Positions 42,498 through 57,108 of a stretch of DNA of 64,000 nt are shown piece after piece. Where the stretch lies: the NCBI GenBank assembly GCA_964016885.1, contig OZ024743.1, positions 126,976,001 through 127,040,000 on the forward strand. The letters run 5' to 3'. The notes under the pieces were generated by a model, which ran no database searches, had not been told where the DNA came from, and saw only the letters and a program-made list of their open reading frames with translations. This DNA is from Eledone cirrhosa. Lineage: Eukaryota. How positions within the stretch are numbered: position 1 is the first letter of the stretch; each line of letters opens with the position of its first letter. The position numbers were made by a program, and so were the translations under genes.

Positions 42498-45400
42498 TAT
42501 TATCAACACTGGCTGTGGTATAATGCATTATCAACACTGGATGTGGTATAATGCTTTATCAACACTGGCTGTGGTATAATGCATTATCAACAGTGGCTGT
42601 GGTATAATGCATTATCAACAGTGGCTGTGGTATAATGCATTATCAACAGTGGCTGTGGTATAACGCATAATCAACACTAGCTGTTGTATAATACATTATC
42701 AACACTGGCTGTGGTATAATATATTATCACACTGACTGTGGTATAATGCATTATCAACACTGACTGTGGTATAATGCATTATCAACACTAGCTGTGGTAT
42801 AATGCTTTATCAACACTCGCTGTGGTATAATGCATTATCAACACTGGCTGTGGTATAATACATTATCAACACTGGCTGTGGTATAATACATTATCAACGC
42901 TGGCTGTGGTATAAAATATTATCAATGCTGGCTGTGGTATAATGCATTATCAACACTGGCTGTGGTGTAACGCATTATCCACACTGGCTGTGGTATAACA
43001 CATTATCAACACTGGCTGTGGTATAATACATTATCAACACTGGCTGTGGTGTAACGCATTATCCACACTGGCTGTGGTATAACACATTATCAACAGTGGC
43101 TGTGGTATAACACATTATCAACACTAGCTGTGGTATAATTCATTATCAATGATGGATGTGGTATAATACATTATCAACACTGGCTGTGGTATAATACATT
43201 ATCAACACTGGCTGTGGTATAATGCATTATCAACACTGGCTATGGTATAATACATTATCAACACTGGCTATGGTATAATACATTATCAACACTGGCTGTA
43301 GTATAATACATTATCAACACTGGCTGTGGTATAATACATTATCAACACTGGCTGTGGTATAATACATTATCAACACTGGCTGTGGTATAATACATTATCA
43401 ACACTGGCTGTGGTATAAGACATTATCAATGCTGGCTGTTGTATAATGCATTATCAACACTGGCTGTGGTATAATGCATTATCAACACTAGCTGTGGTAT
43501 AATTCATTATCAATGATGGCTGTGGTATAATACATTATCAACACTGGCTGTGGGATAATACATTATCAACACTGGCTGTGGGATAATGCATTATCAACAC
43601 AAGCTGTGGTATAATGCATTATCAACACTGGTTTTGGTATAATGCATTATCAACACTGGCTGTGGTATAATGCATTATCAACACTGGCTGTGGTATAATA
43701 CATTATCAACACTGGCTGTGGTATAATACATTATCAACACTGGCTGTGGTATAATACATTATCAACACTGGCTGTGGTATAATACATTATCAACACTGGC
43801 TGTGGTATAATGCATTATCAACACTGGATGTGGTATAATGCATTATAAACACTGGCTGTGGTATAATGCATTATCAATAGTGGCTGTCGTATAATGCATT
43901 ATCAACATTAGCTGTCGTATAATGCATTATCAACATTAGCTGTGGTATAATGCATTATCAACACTGGCTGTGGTATAAGACATTATCAACAGTGGCTGTG
44001 GTATAATACATTATCAACACTGGCTGTCGTATAATGCATTATCAACACTGGCTGTGGTATAATGCATTATCAACAGTGGCTGTGGTATAATACATTATCA
44101 ACACTGGCTGTGGTATAATACATTATCAACACTGGCTGTGGTATAATACATTATCAACGCTGGCTGTGGTATAATACATTATCAACGCTGGCTGTGGTAT
44201 AATGCATTATCAACACTGGCTGTGGTATAATACATTATCAACACTGGCTGTGGTATAAGACATTATCAATGCTAGGTGTGGTATAATGCATTATCAACAC
44301 TGGCTGTGGTATAATGCATTATCAACACTAGCTGTGGTATAATTCATTATCAATGATGGCTGTGGTATAATACTTTCTCAACACTGGCTATGGTATAATA
44401 CATTATCAACACTGGCTGTGGGATAATGCATTATCAACACAAGCTGTGGTATAATGCATTATCAACACTGGTTGTGGTATAATGCATTATCAACACTGGT
44501 TGTGGTATAATACATTATCAACACTGGTTGTGGTATAATACATTATCAACACTGGCTGTGGTATAATGCATTATCAACACTGGCTGTGGTATAATGCATT
44601 ATCAACAGTGGCTGTCGTATAATGCATTATCAACATTAGCTGTGGTATAATGCATTATTAACACTAGCTGTGGTATAATGCATTATCAACACTGGCTGTG
44701 GTATAATGCATTCTCAACAGTGGCTGTGGTATAATGCATTATCAACACTGGCTATGGTATAATGCATTATTAACACTGGCTGTGGTATAATACATTATCA
44801 ACACTGGCCGTGGTATAATACATTATCAACACTGGCCGTGGTATAATACATTATCAACACTGGCTGTGGTATAATACATTATCAACACTGGCTGTGGTAT
44901 AATGCATTATCAACACTGGCTGTGGTATAATGCATTATCAACACTAGCTGTGGTATAATTCATTATCAATGATGGCTGTGGAATACATTATCAACACTGG
45001 CTGTGGGATAATACATTATCAACACAGGCTGTGGGATAATGCATTATCAACACAAGCTGTGGTATAATGCATTATCAACACTGGTTGTGGTATAATGCAT
45101 TATCAACACTGGTTGTGGTATAATACATTATCAACGCTGGCTGTGGTATAATAGATTATCAACGCTGGCTGTGGTATAATGCATTATCAACACTGGCTGT
45201 GGTATAATACATTATCAACACTGGCTGTGGTATAATGTATTATCAACACTGGCTGTGGTATAATACATTATCAACACTGGCTGTGGTATAATGCATTATC
45301 AACACTGGATGTGGTATAATGCATTATCAACACTGGCTGTGGTATAATACATTATCAACACTGGCTGTGGTATGATGCATTATCAACAGTGGCTGTGGTA

Positions 45401-45769
45401 TAATGCATTATCAACAGTGGCTGTGGTATAATGCATTATCAACAGTGGCTGTGGTATAATGCATTATCAACAGTGGCTGTGGTATAATGCATTATCAACA
45501 GTGGCTGTCGTATAATGTATTATCAACAGTGGCTGTGGTATAATGCATTATCAACATTAGCTGTGGTATAATGCATTATCAACACTGGCTGTGGTATAAT
45601 ACATAATCAACACTGGCTGTGGTATAATGCATTATCAACAGTGGCTGTCGTATAATGCATTATCAACATTAGCTGTGGTATAATGCATTATTAACACTAG
45701 CTGTGGTATAATGCATTATCAACACTAGCTATGGTATAAGACATTATCAATGCTGGCTGTGGTATAATG

Positions 45770-48700
45770 CATTATCAACACTGGCTGTGGTATAATTCAT
45801 TATCAACACTAGCTGTGGTATAATTAATTATCAATGATGGCTGTGGTATAATACATTATCAACACTGGCTGTGGGATAATGCATTATCAACACAAGCTGT
45901 GGTATAATGCATTATCAACACTGGTTGTGGTATAATGCATTATCAACACTGGTTGTGGTATAATACATTATCAACGCTGGCTGTGGTATAATGCATTATC
46001 AACACTGGCTGTGGTATAATACATTATCAACACTGGCTGTGGTATAATGCATTATCAACAGTGGCTGTGGTATAATGCATTATCAACAGTGGCTGTCGTA
46101 TAATGCATTATCAACATTAGCTGTGGTATAATGCATTATTAACACTAGCTGTGGTATAATGCATTATCAACACTGGCTGTGGTATAATGCATTCTCAACA
46201 GTGGCTGTGGTATAATGCATGATAAACACTGGCTATGGTATAATGCATTATCAACACTGGCTGTGGTATAATGCATTATCAACACTGGCTGTGGTATAAT
46301 ACATTATCAACACTGGCTGTGGTATAATACATTATCAACACTGGCTGTGGTATAATACATTATCAACACTGGCTGTGGTATAATACATTATCAACACTGG
46401 CTGTGGTATAATGCATCATCAACACTGGCTGTGGTATAATGCATTATCAACACTGGCTGTGGTATAATGCATTATCAACACTGGCTGTGGTATAATGCAT
46501 TATCAACACTGGCTGTGGTATAATGCATTATCAACACTAGCTGTGGTATAATTCATTATCAATGATGGCTGTGGTATAATACATTATCAACACTGGCTGT
46601 GGGATAATGCATTATCAACACAAGCTGTGGTATAATGCATTATCAACACTGGTTGTGGTATAATGCATTATCAACACTGGTTGTGGTATAATACATTATC
46701 AACGCTGGCTGTGGTATAATACATTATCAACGCTGGCTGTGGTATAATACATTATCAACGCTGGCTGTGGTATAATGTATTATCAACACTGGCTGTGGTA
46801 TAATACATTATCAACACTGGCTGTGGTATAATACATTATCAACACTGGCTGTGGTATAATATATTATCAACACTGGCTGTGGTATAATATATTATCAACA
46901 CTGGCTGTGGTATAATATATTATCAACACTGGCTGTGGTATAATATATTATCAACACTGGCTGTGGTATAATGCATTATCAACACTGGCTGTGGTATAAT
47001 GCATTATCAACACTGGATGTGGTATAATACATTATCAACACTGGCTGTGGTATAATGCATTATCAACAGTGGCTGTGGTATAATGCATTATCAACAGTGG
47101 CTGTGGTATAATGCATTATCAACAGTGGCTGTCGTATAATGCATTATTAACAGTGGCCCTGGTATAATGCATTATCAACATTAGCTGTGGTATAATGCAT
47201 TATCAACAGTAGCTGTCGTATAATACATTATCAACACTGGCTGTGGTATAATACATTATCAACACTGGCTGTGGTATAATGCATTATCAACAGTGGCTGT
47301 CGTATAATGCATTATCAACATTAGCTGTGGTATAATGCATTATTAACACTAGCTGTGGTATAATGCATTATCAACACTGGCTGTGGTATAATACATTATC
47401 AACACTGGCTGTGGTATAATGCATTATCAACACTGGCTGTGGTATAATGCATTATCAACACTGGCTATGGTATAATACATTATTAACACTGGCTGTGGTA
47501 TAATACATTATCAACACTGGCTGTGGTATAATACATTATCAACACTGGCTGTGGTATAATACATTATCAACACTGGCTGTGGTATAATACATTATCAACA
47601 CTGGCTGTGGTATAATGCATTATCAACACTGGCTGTGGTATAATGCATTATCAACACTGGCTATGGTATAATGCATTATCAACACTGGCTGTGGTATAAT
47701 ACATTATCAACACTGGCTGTGGTATAATACAATATCAACACTGGCTGTGGTATAATACATTATCAACACTGGCTGTGGTATAATACATTATCAATACTGG
47801 CTGTGGTATAATGCATTATCAACACTGGCTGTGGTATAATGCATTATCAACAGTGGCTGTGGTATAATGCATTATCAACAGTGGCTGTGGTATAATGCAT
47901 TATCAACAGTGGCTGTGGTATAATGCATTATCAACAGTGGCTGTGGTATAACGCATTATCAACACTGGCTGTGGTATAATACATTATCAACACTGGCTGT
48001 GGTATAATGCATTATCAACATTAGCTGTGGTATAATGCATTATCAACACAAGCTGTGGTATAATGCATTATCAACACTGGTTGCGGTATAATACATTATC
48101 AATGCTGGCTGTGGTATAATACATTATCAACACTGGCTGTGGTATAATGCATTATCAACACTAGATGTGGTATAATGCATTATCAACACTGGCTGTGGTA
48201 TAATACATTATCAACACTGGCTGTGGTATAATGCATTATCAGCAGTGGCTGTGGTATAATGCATTATCAACAGTGGCTGTCGTATAATGCATTATCAACA
48301 GTGGCTGTGGTATAATGCATTATCAACATTAGCTGTGGTATAATGCATTATCAACATTAGCTGTGGTATAACGCATTATCAACAGTAGCTGTCGTATAAT
48401 GCATTATCAACAGTGGCTGTCGTATAATGCATTATCAACATTAGCTGTGGTATAATGCATTATTAACACTAGCTGTGGTATAATGCATTATCAACACTGG
48501 CTGTGGTATAATGCATTATCAACAGTGGCTGTGGTATAATACATTATCAACACTGGCTGTGGTATAATACATTATCAACACTGGCTGAAGTATAATATAT
48601 TATCAACACTGGCTGTGGTATAATACATTATCAACACTGGCTGTGGTATAAGACATTATCAATGCTGGCTGTGGTATAATGCATTATCAACACTGGCTGT

Positions 48701-51700
48701 GGTATAATGCATTATCAACACTAGCTGTGGTATAATTCATTATCAATGATGGCTGTGGTATAATACATTATCAACACTGGCTGTGGGATAATACATTATC
48801 AACACTGGCTGTGGGATAATGCATTATCAACACTGGCTTTGGTATAATGCATTATCAACACTGGTTGTGGTATAATACATTATCAACGCTGGCTGTGGTA
48901 TAATGCATTATCAACACTGGCTGTGGTATAATACATTATCAACGCTGGCTGTGGTATAATACATTATCAACACTGGCTGTGGTATAATACATTATCAACA
49001 CTGGCTGTGGTATAATGCATTATCAACACTGGCTGTGGTATAATGCATTATCAACACTGGATGTGGTATAATGCATTATAAACACTGGCTGTGTTATAAT
49101 ACATTATCAACACTGGCTGTGGTATAATGCATTATCAATAGTGGCTGTCGTATAATGCATTATCAACATTAGCTGTCGTATAATGCATTATCAACATTAG
49201 CTGTGGTATAATGCATTATCAACACTGGCTGTGGTATAATACATTATCAACACTGGCTGTGGTATAATACATTATCAACACTGGCTGTGGTATAATACAT
49301 TATCAACACTGGCTGTGGTATAATACATAATCAACAGTGGCTGTGGTATAATGCATTATCAACACTGGCTGTGGTATAATGCATTATCAACACTGGCTGT
49401 GGTATAATGCATTATCAACAGTGGCTGTGGTATAATACATTATCAACACTGGCTGTGGTATAATACATTATCAACACTGGCTGTGGTATAATACATTATC
49501 AACACTGGCTGTGGTATAATGCATTATCAACACTGGCTGTGGTATAATGCATTATCAACACTGGCTGTGGTATGAGACATTATCAATGCTGGCTGTGGTA
49601 TAATGCATTATTAACACTGGCTGTGGTATAATGCATTATCAACACTAGCTGTGGTATAATTCATTATCAATGATGGCTGTGGTATAATACATTATCAACA
49701 CTGGCTGTGGGATAATGCATTATCAACACAAGCTGTGGTATAATGCATTATCAACACTGGTTGTGGTATAATGCATTATCAACGCTGGCTGTGGTATAAT
49801 GCATTATCAACACTGGCTGTGGTATAATACATAATCAACACTGGCTGTGGTATAATACATTATCAACACTGGATGTGGTATAATACATTATCAACACTGG
49901 CTGTGGTATAATGCATTATCAACACTGAATGTGGTATAATGCATTATCAACAGTGGCTGTGGTATAATGCATTATCAACAGTGGCTGTCGTATAATGCAT
50001 TATCAACAGTGGCTGTCGTATAATGCATTATCAACATTAGCTGTGGTATAATGCATTATTAACACTAGCTGTGGTATAATGCATTATCAACACTGGCTGT
50101 GGTATAATGCATTCTCAACAGTGGCTGTGGTATAATGCATTATCAACACTGGCTATGGTATAATGCATTATTAACACTGGCTGTGGTATAATGCATTATC
50201 AACAGTGGCTGTGGTATAATGCATTATCAACAGTGGCTGTCGTATAATGCATTATCAACAGTGGCTGTGGTATAATGCATCATCAACATTAGCTGTGGTA
50301 TAATGCATTATCAACACTGGCTGTGGTATAATACATTATCAACACTGGCTGTCGTATAATGCATTATCAACACTGGCTATGGTATAATACATTATTAACA
50401 CTGGCTGTGGTATAATACATTATCAACACTGGCTGTGGTATAATACATTATCAACACTGGCTGTGGTATAATACATTCTCAACAGTGGCTGTGGTATAAT
50501 GCATTATCAACACTGGCTATGGTATAATCCATTATCAACACTGGCTGTGGTATAATACATTATCAACACTGGCTGTGGTATAATACATTATCAACACTGG
50601 CTGTGGTATAATACATTATCAACACTGGCTGTGGTATAATACATTATCAACACTGGCTGTGGTATAATACATTATCAACACTGGTTGTGGTATAATACAT
50701 TATCAACACTGGTTGTGGTATAATACATTATCAACACTGGCTGTGGTATAATACATTATCAACACGGGCTGTGGTATAATGCATTATCAGCACTGGCTGT
50801 GGTATAATGCATTATCAACAGTGGCTGTGGTATAATACATTATCAACACTAGCTGTGGTATAAGACATTATCAATGCTGGCTGTGGTATAATGCATTATC
50901 AACGCTGGCTGTGGTATAATGCATTATCAACACTAGCTGTGGTATAATTCATTATCAATGATGGCTGTGGTATAATACATTATCAACACTGGCTGTGGTA
51001 TAATACATTATCAACACTGGCTGTGGGATAATGCATTATCAACACTGGTTGTGGTATACTGCATTATCAACACTGGTTGTGGTATAATACATTATCAACG
51101 CTGGCTGTGGTATAATGCATTATCAACACTGGCTGTGGTATAATACATTATCAACACTGGCTGTGGTATAATGCATTATCAACACTGGCTGTGGTATAAT
51201 GCATTATCAACACTGGCTGTCGTATAATGCATTATCAACAGTGGCTGTCGTATAATGCATTATCAACATTAGCTGTGGTATAATGCATTATTAACACTGG
51301 CTGTGGTATAATGCATTATTAACACTGGCTGTGGTATAATGCATTATCAACACTGGCTGTGGTATAATGCATTATCAACACTGGCTGTGGTATAATGCAT
51401 TATCAACACTGGCTGTGGTATAATACATTATCAACACTGGCTGTGGTATAATTCATTATCAACACTAGCTGTGGTATAATTAATTATCAATGATGGCTGT
51501 GGTATAATACATTATCAACACTGGCTGTGGGATAATGCATTATCAACACAAGCTGTGGTATAATGCATTATCAACACTGGTTGTGGTATAATGCATTATC
51601 AACACTGGTTGTGGTATAATACATTATCAACGCTGGCTGTGGTATAATGCATTATCAACACTGGCTGTGGTATAATACATTATCAACACTGGCTGTGGTA

Positions 51701-54700
51701 TAATGCATTATCAACAGTGGCTGTGGTATAATGCATTATCAACAGTGGCTGTCGTATAATGCATTATCAACATTAGCTGTGGTATAATGCATTATTAACA
51801 CTAGCTGTGGTATAATGCATTATCAACACTGGCTGTGGTATAATGCATTCTCAACAGTGGCTGTGGTATAATGCATGATAAACACTGGCTATGGTATAAT
51901 GCATTATCAACACTGGCTGTGGTATAATGCATTATCAACACTGGCTGTGGTATAATACATTATCAACACTGGCTGTGGTATAATACATTATCAACACTGG
52001 CTGTGGTATAATACATTATCAACACTGGCTGTGGTATAATACATTATCAACACTGGCTGTGGTATAATGCATCATCAACACTGGCTGTGGTATAATGCAT
52101 TATCAACACTGGCTGTGGTATAATGCATTATCAACACTGGCTGTGGTATAATGCATTATCAACACTGGCTGTGGTATAATGCATTATCAACACTAGCTGT
52201 GGTATAATTCATTATCAATGATGGCTGTGGTATAATACATTATCAACACTGGCTGTGGGATAATGCATTATCAACACAAGCTGTGGTATAATGCATTATC
52301 AACACTGGTTGTGGTATAATGCATTATCAACACTGGTTGTGGTATAATACATTATCAACGCTGGCTGTGGTATAATACATTATCAACGCTGGCTGTGGTA
52401 TAATACATTATCAACGCTGGCTGTGGTATAATGTATTATCAACACTGGCTGTGGTATAATACATTATCAACACTGGCTGTGGTATAATACATTATCAACA
52501 CTGGCTGTGGTATAATATATTATCAACACTGGCTGTGGTATAATATATTATCAACACTGGCTGTGGTATAATATATTATCAACACTGGCTGTGGTATAAT
52601 ATATTATCAACACTGGCTGTGGTATAATGCATTATCAACACTGGCTGTGGTATAATGCATTATCAACACTGGATGTGGTATAATACATTATCAACACTGG
52701 CTGTGGTATAATGCATTATCAACAGTGGCTGTGGTATAATGCATTATCAACAGTGGCTGTGGTATAATGCATTATCAACAGTGGCTGTCGTATAATGCAT
52801 TATTAACAGTGGCCCTGGTATAATGCATTATCAACATTAGCTGTGGTATAATGCATTATCAACAGTAGCTGTCGTATAATACATTATCAACACTGGCTGT
52901 GGTATAATACATTATCAACACTGGCTGTGGTATAATGCATTATCAACAGTGGCTGTCGTATAATGCATTATCAACATTAGCTGTGGTATAATGCATTATT
53001 AACACTAGCTGTGGTATAATGCATTATCAACACTGGCTGTGGTATAATACATTATCAACACTGGCTGTGGTATAATGCATTATCAACACTGGCTGTGGTA
53101 TAATGCATTATCAACACTGGCTATGGTATAATACATTATTAACACTGGCTGTGGTATAATACATTATCAACACTGGCTGTGGTATAATACATTATCAACA
53201 CTGGCTGTGGTATAATACATTATCAACACTGGCTGTGGTATAATACATTATCAACACTGGCTGTGGTATAATGCATTATCAACACTGGCTGTGGTATAAT
53301 GCATTATCAACACTGGCTATGGTATAATGCATTATCAACACTGGCTGTGGTATAATACATTATCAACACTGGCTGTGGTATAATACAATATCAACACTGG
53401 CTGTGGTATAATACATTATCAACACTGGCTGTGGTATAATACATTATCAATACTGGCTGTGGTATAATGCATTATCAACACTGGCTGTGGTATAATGCAT
53501 TATCAACAGTGGCTGTGGTATAATGCATTATCAACAGTGGCTGTGGTATAATGCATTATCAACAGTGGCTGTGGTATAATGCATTATCAACAGTGGCTGT
53601 GGTATAACGCATTATCAACACTGGCTGTGGTATAATACATTATCAACACTGGCTGTGGTATAATGCATTATCAACATTAGCTGTGGTATAATGCATTATC
53701 AACACAAGCTGTGGTATAATGCATTATCAACACTGGTTGCGGTATAATACATTATCAATGCTGGCTGTGGTATAATACATTATCAACACTGGCTGTGGTA
53801 TAATGCATTATCAACACTAGATGTGGTATAATGCATTATCAACACTGGCTGTGGTATAATACATTATCAACACTGGCTGTGGTATAATGCATTATCAGCA
53901 GTGGCTGTGGTATAATGCATTATCAACAGTGGCTGTCGTATAATGCATTATCAACAGTGGCTGTGGTATAATGCATTATCAACATTAGCTGTGGTATAAT
54001 GCATTATCAACATTAGCTGTGGTATAACGCATTATCAACAGTAGCTGTCGTATAATGCATTATCAACAGTGGCTGTCGTATAATGCATTATCAACATTAG
54101 CTGTGGTATAATGCATTATTAACACTAGCTGTGGTATAATGCATTATCAACACTGGCTGTGGTATAATGCATTATCAACAGTGGCTGTGGTATAATACAT
54201 TATCAACACTGGCTGTGGTATAATACATTATCAACACTGGCTGAAGTATAATATATTATCAACACTGGCTGTGGTATAATACATTATCAACACTGGCTGT
54301 GGTATAAGACATTATCAATGCTGGCTGTGGTATAATGCATTATCAACACTGGCTGTGGTATAATGCATTATCAACACTAGCTGTGGTATAATTCATTATC
54401 AATGATGGCTGTGGTATAATACATTATCAACACTGGCTGTGGGATAATACATTATCAACACTGGCTGTGGGATAATGCATTATCAACACTGGCTTTGGTA
54501 TAATGCATTATCAACACTGGTTGTGGTATAATACATTATCAACGCTGGCTGTGGTATAATGCATTATCAACACTGGCTGTGGTATAATACATTATCAACG
54601 CTGGCTGTGGTATAATACATTATCAACACTGGCTGTGGTATAATACATTATCAACACTGGCTGTGGTATAATGCATTATCAACACTGGCTGTGGTATAAT

Positions 54701-57108
54701 GCATTATCAACACTGGATGTGGTATAATGCATTATAAACACTGGCTGTGTTATAATACATTATCAACACTGGCTGTGGTATAATGCATTATCAATAGTGG
54801 CTGTCGTATAATGCATTATCAACATTAGCTGTCGTATAATGCATTATCAACATTAGCTGTGGTATAATGCATTATCAACACTGGCTGTGGTATAATACAT
54901 TATCAACACTGGCTGTGGTATAATACATTATCAACACTGGCTGTGGTATAATACATTATCAACACTGGCTGTGGTATAATACATAATCAACAGTGGCTGT
55001 GGTATAATGCATTATCAACACTGGCTGTGGTATAATGCATTATCAACACTGGCTGTGGTATAATGCATTATCAACAGTGGCTGTGGTATAATACATTATC
55101 AACACTGGCTGTGGTATAATACATTATCAACACTGGCTGTGGTATAATACATTATCAACACTGGCTGTGGTATAATGCATTATCAACACTGGCTGTGGTA
55201 TAATGCATTATCAACACTGGCTGTGGTATGAGACATTATCAATGCTGGCTGTGGTATAATGCATTATTAACACTGGCTGTGGTATAATGCATTATCAACA
55301 CTAGCTGTGGTATAATTCATTATCAATGATGGCTGTGGTATAATACATTATCAACACTGGCTGTGGGATAATGCATTATCAACACAAGCTGTGGTATAAT
55401 GCATTATCAACACTGGTTGTGGTATAATGCATTATCAACGCTGGCTGTGGTATAATGCATTATCAACACTGGCTGTGGTATAATACATAATCAACACTGG
55501 CTGTGGTATAATACATTATCAACACTGGATGTGGTATAATACATTATCAACACTGGCTGTGGTATAATGCATTATCAACACTGAATGTGGTATAATGCAT
55601 TATCAACAGTGGCTGTGGTATAATGCATTATCAACAGTGGCTGTCGTATAATGCATTATCAACAGTGGCTGTCGTATAATGCATTATCAACATTAGCTGT
55701 GGTATAATGCATTATTAACACTAGCTGTGGTATAATGCATTATCAACACTGGCTGTGGTATAATGCATTCTCAACAGTGGCTGTGGTATAATGCATTATC
55801 AACACTGGCTATGGTATAATGCATTATTAACACTGGCTGTGGTATAATGCATTATCAACAGTGGCTGTGGTATAATGCATTATCAACAGTGGCTGTCGTA
55901 TAATGCATTATCAACAGTGGCTGTGGTATAATGCATCATCAACATTAGCTGTGGTATAATGCATTATCAACACTGGCTGTGGTATAATACATTATCAACA
56001 CTGGCTGTCGTATAATGCATTATCAACACTGGCTATGGTATAATACATTATTAACACTGGCTGTGGTATAATACATTATCAACACTGGCTGTGGTATAAT
56101 ACATTATCAACACTGGCTGTGGTATAATACATTCTCAACAGTGGCTGTGGTATAATGCATTATCAACACTGGCTATGGTATAATCCATTATCAACACTGG
56201 CTGTGGTATAATACATTATCAACACTGGCTGTGGTATAATACATTATCAACACTGGCTGTGGTATAATACATTATCAACACTGGCTGTGGTATAATACAT
56301 TATCAACACTGGCTGTGGTATAATACATTATCAACACTGGTTGTGGTATAATACATTATCAACACTGGTTGTGGTATAATACATTATCAACACTGGCTGT
56401 GGTATAATACATTATCAACACGGGCTGTGGTATAATGCATTATCAGCACTGGCTGTGGTATAATGCATTATCAACAGTGGCTGTGGTATAATACATTATC
56501 AACACTAGCTGTGGTATAAGACATTATCAATGCTGGCTGTGGTATAATGCATTATCAACGCTGGCTGTGGTATAATGCATTATCAACACTAGCTGTGGTA
56601 TAATTCATTATCAATGATGGCTGTGGTATAATACATTATCAACACTGGCTGTGGTATAATACATTATCAACACTGGCTGTGGGATAATGCATTATCAACA
56701 CTGGTTGTGGTATACTGCATTATCAACACTGGTTGTGGTATAATACATTATCAACGCTGGCTGTGGTATAATGCATTATCAACACTGGCTGTGGTATAAT
56801 ACATTATCAACACTGGCTGTGGTATAATGCATTATCAACACTGGCTGTGGTATAATGCATTATCAACACTGGCTGTCGTATAATGCATTATCAACAGTGG
56901 CTGTCGTATAATGCATTATCAACATTAGCTGTGGTATAATGCATTATTAACACTGGCTGTGGTATAATGCATTATTAACACTGGCTGTGGTATAATGCAT
57001 TATCAACACTGGCTGTGGTATAATGCATTATCAACACTGGCTGTGGTATAATGCATTATCAACACTGGCTGTGGTATAATACATTATCAACACTGGCTGT
57101 GGTATAAT
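45770..57108. repeat. 5656-bp (202-monomer) apparently exact tandem duplication within the array
   Basis: Variant markers recur at an offset of exactly 5656: ATAATTCAT (45797/51453), GCATGATAAAC (46221/51877), CTGAAG (48590/54246), ACACGGGC (50766/56422). Confidence 0.9.
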
